DNA of 64,000 nucleotides, from contig BDGG01000003.1 in the NCBI GenBank assembly GCA_001949185.1, forward strand, positions 3,765,158-3,829,157. Reading direction: 5' to 3'. A program made the translations under genes and the position numbers. Below are positions 26,007-38,926 of this stretch, in pieces. The stretch's first letter is position 1. Each line of letters starts with the position of its first letter. This DNA is from Ramazzottius varieornatus (taxonomy: Eukaryota > Animalia > Tardigrada). The notes under the pieces are model-generated. The model was not told the origin of the DNA and ran no database searches. It worked only from the letters and a program-made list of their open reading frames with translations.

Positions 26007-29000
26007 CTACTCCGGTCGGCGGTTCTCGGATAGTGGATTCAGAACTCCCTTGTTGACGCGGCCATTGTATGCCACAACCTGCTGAGTGGCTTTTCCAAGA
26101 ACCAGTTGCGTTTTGCCAACTAGGAACCAGAACGTAGTTGTACAATGCAAAGTTGCGAACAAATTATGGTTTCCGTTAAGGGTAATGTGGACTTACTCTG
26201 CTTGTGGACGGCCTTCTCCCATCTCTGACGTCTCAAAATCTCCTCACGAAGTTGTTCCTCGGTTCTATAAGAGAAGTTATGGTACAGCACCCTTGCCGGA
26301 AACGCGCAGTATAGTTTGATTAATACAGCCCAACAAACTTACGCCGCCAAAGTTCCCTTCAGAGTGGTCACTTCATTGTCCAAAGCTTCGTTTGCACCCA
26401 ACAATCTTTCAGCTTCTTCTGTCAGACTGCAAACAACCCCACCACGCCGCTAGCATCCAACTTCGAAGGTTTACACATACACGTAGTAAACGCTTACCGG
26501 TTGACGGTGAGACCCAAGCTGATGGTTACTTGCTCTTTGGATCGCACCTCATTCTCGTTGGCGGCCTTGACGCTCTTCAAGTTATTCTCCAAGAACTCGA
26601 CCTGGTCGATGAGTACTGCCAGCTTTCCAATCATCTGAGTCTGTTCGGCCTTCACGTTGTTCCACGTCTCGTCCGTCTGCTGCGCGCCGTTTCGTCGTTC
26701 TCTGTTGACGAAGGCTTCGAGACGATCACAGGCTTCTCGTTGCTCCGTCAACGCAGCTTCTTTGTCTCTCAACTGCTGCACCAAGACCTTGATATCCTCG
26801 CTGGCTGTCTGGACCTCTTCCTGCAAACTCTTCTGAGCTTCGTATGTCTGTTTCAGCTCAGCATCCAACCTAAACAAGAATCATTAGCACAAGGAAGCAA
26901 TTTTCAATAAAGGAAAGCTCGGCAAACAAACTCCGCCACATCGTTTCTCCAAGTCGCGCAAGTTTTCAGTGATACTGGCTGGAAGCTTGCGTCACTTGGG
27001 AGAACGATCTGATCGAGCTTGTTTGCCGCGCTCAAACAAAACGACTCTCAGAATTCCTCAGATAAAAAACAAATTTGAAGAGAAAAGCGTTCGTTGGAAC
27101 AGCTTTGATATTTTTGAACAAGTCAAAAAAAATATCTTGTAGTTGTAAAGAAAAAAGTTTGATCGTACTGTGAGATTTTTGATGCGAGCTCCTGCATTTC
27201 CGCCTCCTTCTCCCATCTGACGTTATTCAGTTCGTGTTCGAGACTCATCTTCTCCGCCGCGGCCGCCTGCAGACTAGCTCTGGTTTTATCGTACGCTTCC
27301 TTCAGCATGCCGAAGTCTTCGTTCGACTTTGCACACTGATCTTCCAAGTGTGCGATCTGCCTTTCAAGAGTTTCCCTAACTGCTACCGAGTTCTCTAGCT
27401 GACTGAGAACTCCCTCGAGTTCATCAAGTCTCGACTTCAAGTACTCCTTGGTACTCTCAACCGAGCCTAACTGATTCTTCAGCAGGTCAATCTGCTCGTT
27501 CAGGTTCTCGTTTAGTCGGAGAGAAGCTCGAAGATCTTCTTCCAAATCGTCCATCAGAATATCCGTGCCAACGCTCGCGTCGCAGTCTGGTCGGGGTACT
27601 GCGTGCTCCATTAGCAGCATTTGCTGCTCTTGGTTTTCTGCCATCTGCCGCTCTAACCTACAGAATATATAAATTCTGACAAGTATTACAGCAATACTTT
27701 TGATATTCGTTAGCGACTATCGCTGGACGAAAGGGAACCTAGGCAAACAAACTCGACAGATCCCTTATCCAACTGGCGTACGCTTCCAGCAGATCATACT
27801 GTAAGCATGTATCACTTGGGAATACAAACTCGAGAAGATTGTTTTACGAAGTGGCGCACGCTATCAGCCAACGTCAGTGAAAACATGCGCTACTTGATAA
27901 ATCAATCTTGTCGAGTATGTTTGTGGAGCTACCAAATACTTACGCAGGAATCTTTTCCAGTAGTTCAGCCAATTCTTCCTCCAGATGAGCATTCGTTTGC
28001 CGAGCCGATGTTAAAGTGGATCGCAGGCTACAAGATCAACCCTAATTAGTTGACAAATGAAATGAATAAAATCACAGCCTTACTTACGCTTCACTGTTGG
28101 ATTCCATTTCGACTATTTGCTTCTGAAGATCCTCTTCTGAAGCTTTGTGAGCCACTTGGAGTCGTTCAACCTCCGCTTCGGCAATGCGTGTAGCTTCGGA
28201 CGCAGCAGACAAGGCTTTAGTCAGAGCTTCAACTTGTTCGACCAGGGATGCTCGCTCTTCTTGCAGAGAGACCCAGTGCTGGTCCGTCTCCACTTCGGCA
28301 TCATGTAACGACAGCTCTTTGCTGATGTCGATGATTTCTTGCAGCTTCGTGGCTAAGCTGAAGGAGACGTGTGACCCGTCGCCACTTCCGATATCGGCTG
28401 TAACGACAGAGACCATATATCTGGAGACCATTCAGATAGCTGCTTCGAGGAAAGGCGGAAGAAACACTTCGTGCGCGAGCCTACTGGGGTACCGCGCTGA
28501 ACCGTACAGAGTTCCCCGGATGAGTTCGCGCACAACAGTAAATCAGTCAGTCAACTGCGCATTGGTTCATTACTCAACGCTAGAGTGGATTATAGACTAA
28601 CGGATCAGGCTTATGTCCAAGTTAGCTTCGAAGAAGGTGGCATTGGTCGACAGGTTCATTGTGGTTTCGGAACTGTTGAAGCTTTCGTTCAGACCATGAG
28701 TCAAGAACTCCACCAGTTCCTTCAGTCTTTGGATGAGCATGTTGAACGTCTTTCTTTCCATGTTCGGAATGCGTTGTTGTCCTGGTCGAATGAAGGGCGT
28801 GGAAGCTGCTAAGAGAGCTTTCGGGCTGCTCAGTGTGGCTCGCTCACTTCCGGCCAGCACAGTTCGCTTGAAGGGACTCATGGCGGACGAAGCACCCATT
28901 CGAGCAGCTGGGAAACCTCGATACTCTGTAACATCGAGTTGAAGATCTGAAGTCGGACTAAGAGGCAGTGGGTCTTCAGCAACCTCAGGATTCGTTCCAC

Positions 29001-30724
29001 TTTCAACCACGATCGGCTTCTGCAAAAAATCCAGAGTAAGTAATATTAATAGTAAAGAATGTTATCAGAAATCAACAACATGTTTCCGTTTATTATAAAG
29101 ATAAATTGGTTCGGTTAGAACTCAGGCAAGCACGTGCGAAACTCAAATTTAGGGGCTCAGCAAACAACTCGACCAGATTCTTCTACGAAGTGGCGCACGC
29201 CCTTGGTCAGATTGGTTGGAAGCGTGCGCCACTGGGAAAACGATTTGGTCGAGTTCGTTTGCCGAATTTTCAAGGAGAATTTTGGTCGATGTTCTGATTT
29301 ACTTCGACAGTTTCTTCTCTAAACTTGATTTCCTCCAGCGCTTGAGCGTATCCCGCTCGACGAGCTTCCTCCAGCTTCTCGGTGATGTCCTCAGCTGCAA
29401 AGCTGCTCTGAGAAGCAGTGTCGGACTGCTGTGCGGGGACAGACAGAGATCCGGAGGCTTTCTGGGGCGAGACGTCCAGCTCGTTCCAGTCTTCGAAAGT
29501 AGCGTTGCTGTCGGCCGATGTCAGTCCTTTGGGGATCGGACTTGCTGTCTTCTTCTGGTTGAGAGGCGAGGTTCCATTGACTGCGACATGACACTGAAAA
29601 GGACGCTTAGTCGGACTTGCGGCGGTTGATTCTGAGCGGAATGTATCGGTCAGCTGGGAAGGAGGCCTTGAAGTCGACGCAGCGTTTGGCTGCACCTCTT
29701 GAGTTTCAACACTAAAAGCATATGCAAGCATCGCCAACATGAACCATCCGACATTCTGAGTCGAGACAGGAAAAGCTTCATCAAAACATACCCTTCAGTG
29801 CTGCCTTTTGCCTGCAGCTTCTGATGTTCCAGGCGAAGCCGTTCGAGTTCCAGCTGAACTCTGGCCACCTAAAGATAGACTTTGCTGCTCTGAATTATCT
29901 CAAAGCCTCATTAGAACGACATCATTCATCATCAAACAGATTTACCTCTTTGACGTATGGCAGTCCACTTTGTGGGATCTGTCCTTGTTGGCACATTTCT
30001 TCAATAAATTTGACCATAGCATCGTTAAGATGGTCATAGTCGTGCTCCATCTTCTCGAATCTCATTCTCCAGTGAAAGACCTCTTTGTCGAGGTGCTCTA
30101 GTGTCTACAAAACAACATCTGCATTACAACTCTGGTCTCTCTGAATGGACTTGACCACCGAGTTTTACCAACCTTGTCGTACTGCGCTGTAGGAATCATG
30201 TGCAATTGCTGTTTTCCTCCACTCTTTCCACACAGCTCGACTGTAAAACCGTCAGGATAACATAAGAGCATACATATGCATCTACAGAACAGAATTACTA
30301 GATTGGCGTGTGCTTACGCCGCGGTGCTGATCTGGTGCCATACGAAGACAATCGATCCAGACGCGACGAGTTCAGAAAGTTCGGTGGAGTTCCACGGAAG
30401 CTATCGTGGCTCGTCGACACACCCGTAAAGCGGACGGAACTTTGACGTGGAACATCGTCCATCACCGTACCCAGGATGTTGTCAATGCTGCCAGAGGTGG
30501 AGGTCTCGTTCTGAGACAACGGCTGAGAGTACGAGTTTTCTGAGAGATCCACAAGGCGATTATCACCACTGAAACAAAACGGGTGATCAGACAATCAAAG
30601 CGAACTCGACATGCACGTTTGATGGGGATGCACGGAACGCTTATTACTACTCGACGAACCTTTCATCGTCGTTCAAGTTAGCCGTTGGGAACAGTGGACC
30701 ACTTTTCCAAGGTCTCTGGTTCAT
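26007..30724 (-). CDS. Large coiled-coil protein, centrosomin/CDK5RAP2/myomegalin family (divergent CM1 and CM2)
   Basis: Spliced N-terminal TAQYDK|TLEHLDKEVFHWRMRFEKME resembles CM1/gamma-TuNA; C-terminal RRQRWEKAVHKQ|IGKTQLVLGKA resembles CM2; extensive heptad-rich exons lie between them. Confidence 0.65.
26915..27033. repeat. Family A palindrome (intron)
   Basis: aagctcggcaaacaaactc...aagtcgcgcaa-N25-ttgcgtcactt...gagcttgtttgccgcgctc. Confidence 0.9.
27736..27930. repeat. Family A palindrome, tandem double (intron)
   Basis: Cores at 27771 and 27849, both N25. Confidence 0.85.
29153..29266. repeat. Family A palindrome (intron)
   Basis: aagtggcgcac-N25-gtgcgccactg; aactcgacca/tggtcgagtt. 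Confidence 0.9.
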
Positions 30725-31517
30725 GGTTTGTTCATAGATGGAAAACTAGTGAAGACTTGAAACACAGTGGAACAATCAACAGCGCCTAAACAGATGAACA
30801 ATTTCAACGCTTGAGCTTCTGGATCTTATTAGATTAAGTGCCCAATTGCGATCGCACAGATCCAACTACTGGAGACCGAAGAAGCACACTGCTAAAAGGA
30901 GACGTTGATGCAGCTCGAAATGGCTTCCAGATGCCTGAAAGGCAGCCAGATTTGACAGACGAGGAGAAGGACAGGCAGAAAGAATTTCATTTCAACCAAG
31001 CATCGATAATATAGGGCATTATGGCAGTCCACGCAAACGGCGGCCAGAAGGCCAAAAGGGACCAAGTCACCAGAGTCACCAGACCGGGATGAGTGAATGA
31101 ATGACGTCACTGTGGCATCACAATATGGCCACCACGCCCTGGATTTCTTATAATATAAATTAAATTTAGTAGTTATGGAATATACAATTGCACATAATAT
31201 TATGATTGCTGGAGCAGATAGATTATAGAAAATTAAGCGGGTCAACGTTGCACAAGAAAGAACTGGTGCGAGCTACCGCAGTATAATCGCGAACACACCT
31301 AGCTTGCTAGCCTGCGACAAAGAAAACGGCGGTAAAGCTTGGCGATCGCAGAGTGATCACTCTGGCGATCGATAAAGCACCTGAGCCGAGTACAACTTAC
31401 AGGTTTAACAGCAGCGTTTATCAAACGTATCAAACTAGTTACCAGAATGCTTCTACACTCTGCAGCTTGAAAATTTGCGCACCGGCAGCTGTTCTTCAGG
31501 TACCGACGTCAGGCAGA

Positions 31518-32993
31518 TCAGTCCTCGTCAGTAGCCGAAACCTCGGCCGACAGTTCCGGGTCCTTCGAGATGCGTGGACCATCATCCCGATTCAGAATCA
31601 TCCCGATTCGCTGGACTTCATCGTCGATCCGTTTCAATTCTTGACTGTTCTGGGCCAGAAGCCTCTGGACTCTCGGTGGCCGAGGCTGGCTTCGATCCGT
31701 GTTTGCCCTCCAGAGGTACTCGATCGCTAGCAAGTAGTCCGCGGCTTCCGCTGCCAGTTTCTTGTCCGTAATTTCCTCCACATGTGGCTCGACCTCTGTC
31801 AAAATCTGTCGCATGTCCAGCTCGCGAAGTTGGTCCGTCTTCATAAAGAGGACGGTCTCTTCGAGCTCTTGATCGGCGATATCATTGACCACATGTGGAA
31901 GGCCAGAGTTTGGCGGAAGTGGCAGTATCTGGCAGGTTTCCAGAATGCCACTGTCCACCACGGCTTTGGGGTCCCTGAGGCCCAGTGGAGGCATGGGATA
32001 TTGATGAGGGAACGTCGGCTTGAACTTCTTCAGTTGGGTGATTTCACCAACAACAGGGATATTGTTCTTCCACATACCTTGGAAACATTTACCCGTCCGG
32101 GCAAAATTATACTTCCCTGGACCATTTTTCTTGTCCTCCGTGTACTCGCCTTGATGGTAATTCCCGTACGCTTGAAGCAAAACGAGAATTACCGTCGGTT
32201 CAGATCAATTGCTTAATGTGCTCTAGATCTCCGGTGACACCCTTAATGGGCCGATACTGTACCGTACCTTCTCGGGTAGCCCCATAACCCCATCGTTGGT
32301 CGTTTCGCCATTGTCCTTCGTAGATCGCTCCATCGGGCGCAAAATGGCGCCCCCAGCCGTCACGGATTCCTTGCTTCCACAAGCCTTCGTAGAATTCGTC
32401 CACAGTCCATCGATACGTGCCCCATCCCTGTGCAACAAAAAAGCATGGGATACAGGTCCACAATGAGGAAGTTCTCCGGAGAATCATTATCTTTTTGAAA
32501 ACGATTACGAATGAAAAACCGTTTGCATGCGATTTTTCCGTTAGATACCATGTAGACGGCGTTCTCATACATCGCGAAGCCCGCGCTTGTAGTAACCGAT
32601 GTAAGTCAGGAACCAAGTATCATCAGGCCTCTTCTCGAACCAAGCTCCTTGTCCTTTTATGGATCCATACTCCCAATCACCCTTATACAAGTAGCCTTTC
32701 GCATTCGAAACATACTGCCCTTTCCCATGTCTCTTCCCGTTCACCCATTCCCCCACATAATAGTTCCCTCCAGCATAGTCCACTCGTTTCGTCACTTTAC
32801 CGGCAACTGCGACTGGAGGATGTGGACGCATGGGTTTGTCGGATTCTATAACGGTGGCCACTTTGTACCAGGAAGCTACTTTCTCACGTGTCTTCTTGAG
32901 CCTGATGGGAGGCGGTTTCAGCTTCAGCCTTTCCGGCAAACTCACAGGAGCGAAACTCCGCAGATAACTATCCATTCCTGGTTCGAACGGCAT
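31518..32993 (-). CDS. MORN3: MORN repeat-containing protein 3 (3 exons)
   Basis: Repeated YxGxW..G.RxGxG MORN units; C-terminal QYPMPPLGLRDPKAVV typical of MORN3. Confidence 0.8.
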
Positions 32994-33376
32994 GGTTCCC
33001 TAAATATGTCAAAAGTTGAAAGTACGTCAGTTAGCCTATAAAGAAAATGAACAAATAATTCCACAGTATCTATCAGAAGAGTTTGCTTGCCATCTTTTGA
33101 AAATCCAATAGGAGTTGTAGCCTACAAGGTCATCTCTAAGCAGATATATTTCCTCCAAACACTCTTCAAACCGCCAAACTAAAAATTAAATCATTCCGTT
33201 TGGAGCAGGGAATTTGCACTGGAGCAAACAAGTTAATTATGACAATAAAATCATTCGAAAGAAAAGGAACATCAGTTCACAATCTGAAACTAAAACTCTG
33301 AACTAGAACAGGAAGCCACTATACCAAAACGAAGCATCTGAGATCAGGCGACACACACCGAATACGGAAGAAGGTT

Positions 33377-36300
33377 CTAGGTCTGAGCATAACAGCAGCT
33401 TCCCCACCATACTGCCGCGCCATGTCCACTTCGCCCTTCAGGCAGGCTTCTCTCCAGGACCCACGAGTTCTGGTCCACGTCGTAACATTCAACGAGCGCT
33501 GAGAACTCTTGTCCGTCATAGCCACCGATAGCGTAGATCCTACCATCCACCGCCACCACACTCAAGGCACTTCGCGCTACCGACATGGACGCCATGGTTG
33601 TCCACGAGTCGCTTTCGACGTCGTACCGTTCCACCGAGGACAGCTGGCTCACTCCATCGTACCCACCGATCGCGTATACAAACCCATCCAAGGACACCAC
33701 GCCTACAGGAAACACCAAAGCAATTCGTGAACCTTCAAGCCTGAAAGGCCAGGGCCGTCTGTGTATAATACCTGCGCCACTTCGCCTGGAGTTCATGGGG
33801 GCCACAAACTTCCACTGGTCCGTGTCAGGGTCGTAACATTCGACACATCGAAGACGCTCCGCGCCGTCGAACCCACCAACTGCGTACAGCAATCGATTCA
33901 GGCTGGTGATTCCCAGACCAAGCCGAGCTCGATGCATGTCTGCGATGGGCGACCAGATTTCGTCGGTGGGAATGTACCTATGAACAGATAATATATCTGC
34001 TATTTCGTCATTCATCTTAGTTTTGTTCTAGTATACAACGTATTCTATCTCTTTCGTATAATTTCATGTTTCAGCGCGACGAATCGTGTGGAAGGAGCCC
34101 AGGGTTCTACGTCGAGTCAACAACCCCTGCTATGATTGTTTCAGGGCAAAGTCTAATCGCAAACTGCATTGTCATGCTTAATCTCATATTTACACTGACA
34201 GTTCAACTGCCTCGAAATACAGTCTCTCAAACACGTGGAACCTGGCATGACAAGGTGAAGGTAGCGGCAACAGAAGCTAATGACTGTCTTGCTGACGCGG
34301 CAGATTTTTCCCGCACATGAGTGATGTGTTATGGTTATAGCAGTAAAACATGACATAGTGCACAGTCATGGCACACTTCGCAGTAAAACACGTCTTACCT
34401 TTCGCCGGATCGATGGAATGTGGCTTGCATGGAACCGCCAACTACGTAGAACAGATTATCAATGGCAACAGCACCCGCTCTGTTTCTAGCCACCGACATG
34501 TCCGGGCATTTCCGCCAAGAATCCCCAAAGGGATCGTATGCGTCAACAGCGGAAGAATCAAAGTTCCCTTCCGGCTGTGTACATCTTCCACCGGCAACGT
34601 ACAGTAATCCATGGACAAACGCACTGCCTAAAATGAGGGAATCACTTCCATAAGACAGTTCAGCGAAACAGCGCACCGAAAACGATGATACGGGCGTCAA
34701 GCAAATTGATATGCGATCTTTCATCCACATGCATAGAAGAACCATATACCAATTCATATTACAGAGGTATGCAGGTGAGTGTAACTCTGACGAAATTTGA
34801 TGGTGCGACTGGCTGTGACTTACAAACGCCGCTGCGACATGTGGGCATGTCAGCCAAGCTCCTCCATATCTTCGTTCTGGGGTCGAAGCATTCCAGTTTG
34901 CTCAGAGAGAACCGAAGATAGCCGCCGACCACGTAGATGACGGTTGGAAGATCGGGATTGCATCGCTTTCTCATTTGGCATTTCTTGTGGGAAGTCAGTT
35001 CCTTCATCACTTTGACCAAGTAGTCACGACAGTGTGGGTGTTTCTTTAGCAATTCACAGAACTTGATCTGCTGTTCCAAGAACGTGGGAGGGAGGAAGTA
35101 ACACCGCACGACGTAAACGATATCTTCGAGGTGTGGCCGACGATTCTTCTCATCGTAACGAATCCATCGCATCACAGCGTTATAAACCTGGAAAGAGATC
35201 CCGTTGATAAAGATATATCGATACCACACAAAGAGACCCTTTGGACTAATTGAAAGCCAACTGCATTTCAAAATGCAACAAGTCTTCATTAACCTGCATA
35301 CACGTACCCCGTCGCAAGTGTGTTAGAGCGTTGTATGCAGGCAGGGAAAAGACGGCTTACCTCATTCAGAATGTGAAATACAATTTGGGCTTTCCTGCAC
35401 TTGGATTTCTAATAGATTCTGGTTCAACTATGCTTACTTCTGATTCGGTGTTTACGACGATTTCGTCCCTCTTCACCAGGTTTATCAGCTGACAGACGCG
35501 TTGTTGGAGGAACTCTTCGCTGTGGCTGACTTCGGTGAAGTTCTTATCGATGTATTCACGGGCAATGCTAGTAAGTTTGGTGCAGCCATGCTGGTTGGCG
35601 AATTCAGCAATGCCGATGGCGTTGCAAGGATCCAGTTGGGACTCAAGAAAGTGGCAGCAGCAATCTATCACCTACAAACAGAAAGGAAAATGCAGTCATT
35701 ATTCGCGCCAAGCAGCCTTCATAATGTGTTAGCTGAACTGACATGTTGCATTTGAAGCATGACCGCCGCAGGAAGAATATGACAGATATTATGTTCACCG
35801 ATGGTGATCTCGGACGTGTAGCAGAAGTCGATTAGTTTCCCTAATATCCTCGGACACATCTTTTCTAGCCGAATCACTTCTTCATTGGCTTCCTTCATCC
35901 CCATGGTGAACATGGCGCGGAAATAGGGGGAGGAAGCGGCAAGAACGATGCGATGAGCAGGGAAGAGATGGCCAGCAGCTTGAAGCTTTACGTCACATAG
36001 AGTTTGTCCTTCCGCTTTCCGGAATTCATTCATGGCTAGAAAAGCATCGGACGGATACTGGACATTCTTGCAGTGAATCTTTCTTGCAGGTTCCGACTCA
36101 TCCCCTTCCGGTCTTCTTCTCCGAAAACATATTGGTCCAGGACAAGGTTGCGTTCCTTTGGTGCAACGCACACCTATAAAGATCATTAAAATATCAGTTT
36201 CATCATACACCTGCAGATATTCAAATGGAGGGTTCGGAATAGGATGAGAGTATCCATATGTGTGAAAGTGCGTATTTTTGACCGATATTCTGTTAGTCCA

Positions 36301-36633
36301 TAAAAGCTTTATGTGCTCCGTACCTCGGCAGCCAAATGGTGGCCACTGGTTTATCACAGAAGCATCTGGAGCCCTTCCAACAAGTACAACAGGAGGAACG
36401 GGAATAGGCTTGGTTTCTTGGCAGGAAGAGATGCCAATCATCTGAGTGATATCACGACATACAGAGCAATCTGGTGAGCAAAAGCCATTGTGCAGGGTAT
36501 TTTGTATTTCGGGCACTGCGTCGGATGAACACACATCCATGGACTCTTCCGGCTGAAGTCCTCCATGAGAGTGAGTCGATAGGCAAGAGCCGAACTCGAC
36601 GTCCGCGCCCGACGTAGATGGACAAAGGTCCAT
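33377..36633 (-). CDS. KEAP1: Kelch-like ECH-associated protein 1 (BTB-BACK-Kelch)
   Basis: FPAHRIVLAASSPYFRAMFT; FLESQLDPCNAIGIAEFA; VRCYFLPPTFLEQQIKFCELL..CRDYLVK; Kelch repeats ending GRSGHGAAV. Confidence 0.9.
34718..34782. repeat. Family B inverted repeat (KEAP1 intron)
   Basis: tttcatccacatgcataga-N28-ggtatgcaggtgagtg. Confidence 0.65.
35282..35350. repeat. Family B inverted repeat (KEAP1 intron)
   Basis: gtcttcattaacctgcataca-N29-tgtatgcaggcagggaaaagac. Confidence 0.75.
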
Positions 36634-37575
36634 GTTGCAAAATCGTCCGGAAGTCGCGCGTCAAAGCGTCGCACAGCTGTTATCGCTTGTCCATCCAAGG
36701 TTACACACGGATTCCCCAGATCCTCCACTGTGTCCTCCGTGTGTCCAGGGACAAACCCAATCCGTCCTTCATCCCAGTACCTAGACAATCGTGGAGATAA
36801 ACAATACAGTTATTTGAGCAGTAATTAGAACGAATTCTCTTTGTTTCTTATCTGATGAAAGAATGCGAATTGCGAAAACAGAAAACTGAGCAGTCATTTA
36901 ACCCCTAACACAGGTAAGCTGGATCGATTGATTAAAAGAACGTGCTCCGTCAATTACGGATCTGCGGAACGGCATGCAGCGTGCCCAAATGGACGTGCGA
37001 ACGAGCGAGATATCTTATCAATCTTACGTGCTTATGTTAAGAATGTGTCATGTCATGCTGGCTATACTACGTGACCAGGTCCTGGTCCTGAAGGAACGAA
37101 GAAGTCTTGACGTAAAGCATCCATAACAGAAGGGATATTCGCAGGAGACGGCAACAACCGCAAGTCACGCGATTGTGTGTCTCATCAACTGGAATAACGA
37201 TCGAAACGTGGAAGATGAGTATTGTATCAGAGATCCAGAGAAAAGACTTGCGTAGGCTGTCGTTCCATGAAAGGCGATCTTTGCCGTTTCAGTCTGCTGA
37301 TGCATACCACTGCAAATGCTGACGCATTACAAAGCATCAGGAGTAACAAAACTATTCAAAATCACAGATCGACGTTCAAAATCCGGAGGTTCTCATAATG
37401 CAGAGGACTGGTAGCAAAATACATACATTGTCCAAGACGAGGACAAACTGAGACCCAAACTAAACGCACGATCAAATTCTGGCTCCGGGCCTCTGCCTGC
37501 ACTTTCCTCAGCGGCTTCAGCGTGACACATCTATCTTTAAGGTCCGTGAACCATTCGACTTCCGGAAGTGGTAGG

Positions 37576-38246
37576 CTATTGAACAGAAGGTGGAGGACTC
37601 TTCGATGCTGCGGTCTGGATCTTATGTTCCTTCGTCCAGGTCTTGTTGGTCTGGTTTTTAGATTTTTCTAGCACGTCCTTCTTTTCCCAAGCCTCTGTAT
37701 CCAGGCGGCGAACCTCGAAGTTCTTCTCGATGTCTTCCGCCAATGTGTAGAAGGCTGCAAAACCAACTTCCGGTTCGCGCTTATAACTACCAGAGTGCCG
37801 GAATGGGGAACCCGTAAGGGCTTATTCATACGAGGTCCCATTATCAAGACTCACTTCTTAAAACACCTGGGTGGTGGCTTCGCATCCAGTACCGAAGATC
37901 TATAACAGAACATCAGTACAGTTGATAACTGACAAAGGTACAGGCTGATCGCAAATAAATTCAAGGAGTAGCACGACTGTAAAAATGCTGCGCTAATTGA
38001 CAAGGCGCTTTCGGTACGGTGTAAGTGATCAGATGATCCCGAACATCGTGTACACACTTGTACTCTGTCAAAAGCGACAGTGCGTCGCCTCAGCAGCCGT
38101 GATCACTCCAGTGAAATCTTGCCTTGATTATATTCCATGATGTAATAAAGACTTCCTACGCCCAAAATGAGCGCTCCCTGGGTGTAACCAACAATTCGAA
38201 GATATCCACTCCAGTTAAACTCTCTGATTCTTCTTGGTAAGCTCAT
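37576..38246 (-). CDS. CEBPZOS: CEBPZOS-like small single-TM protein (115 aa; exons 38246-38123, 37899-37855, 37754-37576; first intron GC-AG)
   Basis: Spliced product MSLPRRIREFNWSGYLRIVGYTQGALILGVGSLYYIMEYNQDLRYWMRSHHPGVLRTFYTLAEDIEKNFEVRRLDTEAW... matches the CEBPZOS pattern (TM, then QDFR..M....P.IL..YY...E......IR.LD...W). Confidence 0.8.
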
Positions 38247-38926
38247 GATGCCAAGTTGCAAGTGGAGGGCCGACCATCTGAGCGATGATTCTACCAAAAC
38301 ATTTCAGGAACATCTTCGATGGTCATCTTCAGACGACGGTATCGAATCATCCTCGGGATAATGCATGGAAGTCAACGGTGGTTAAGTCTTATCTAACCAA
38401 TTTGCCATAGGCCACTTCCGGTTGAAGTACGAAGATTGCGATAAAGCGATCGCAGTTCATTCGACCACGTTGTTGCTCCTCCCAATGCGTCTTTGTTGTC
38501 TATTCACTCATGATTCATTCTAAGGTCTCCTATCCGGCCATCACGCTTCTTCTTCTGGGATACTTTTCACCACCATCTTCAAAACTCGGGACCTCGCTGA
38601 TCAGGGGCTTTGTTGCTCGTGACTGTCAGATGAAAAAGTCTTGCGGAGTGGCCAGCGGGGACGGTACGTGCCATTCTCTCCGTGTCAGTAAGCGGAGGCG
38701 CTGCTCCAGCAAGGTGATCCAGCCATTCAGGTATGTTATGTTCATACGCTCTGTCGGTATACGATCGTTGTGGACAGCTTGCCAATGTCAATTTTTTGGA
38801 CACCTGAGAATAATGTGAAGTCCTTACGAGAAGATGTTGCATGTCCGTATAAAGACCGTATTTATGACGGTGCATTCGCACGTAACATGATTTTGATTTG
38901 TTGTTTTACAGATAGTACTCACTGGA

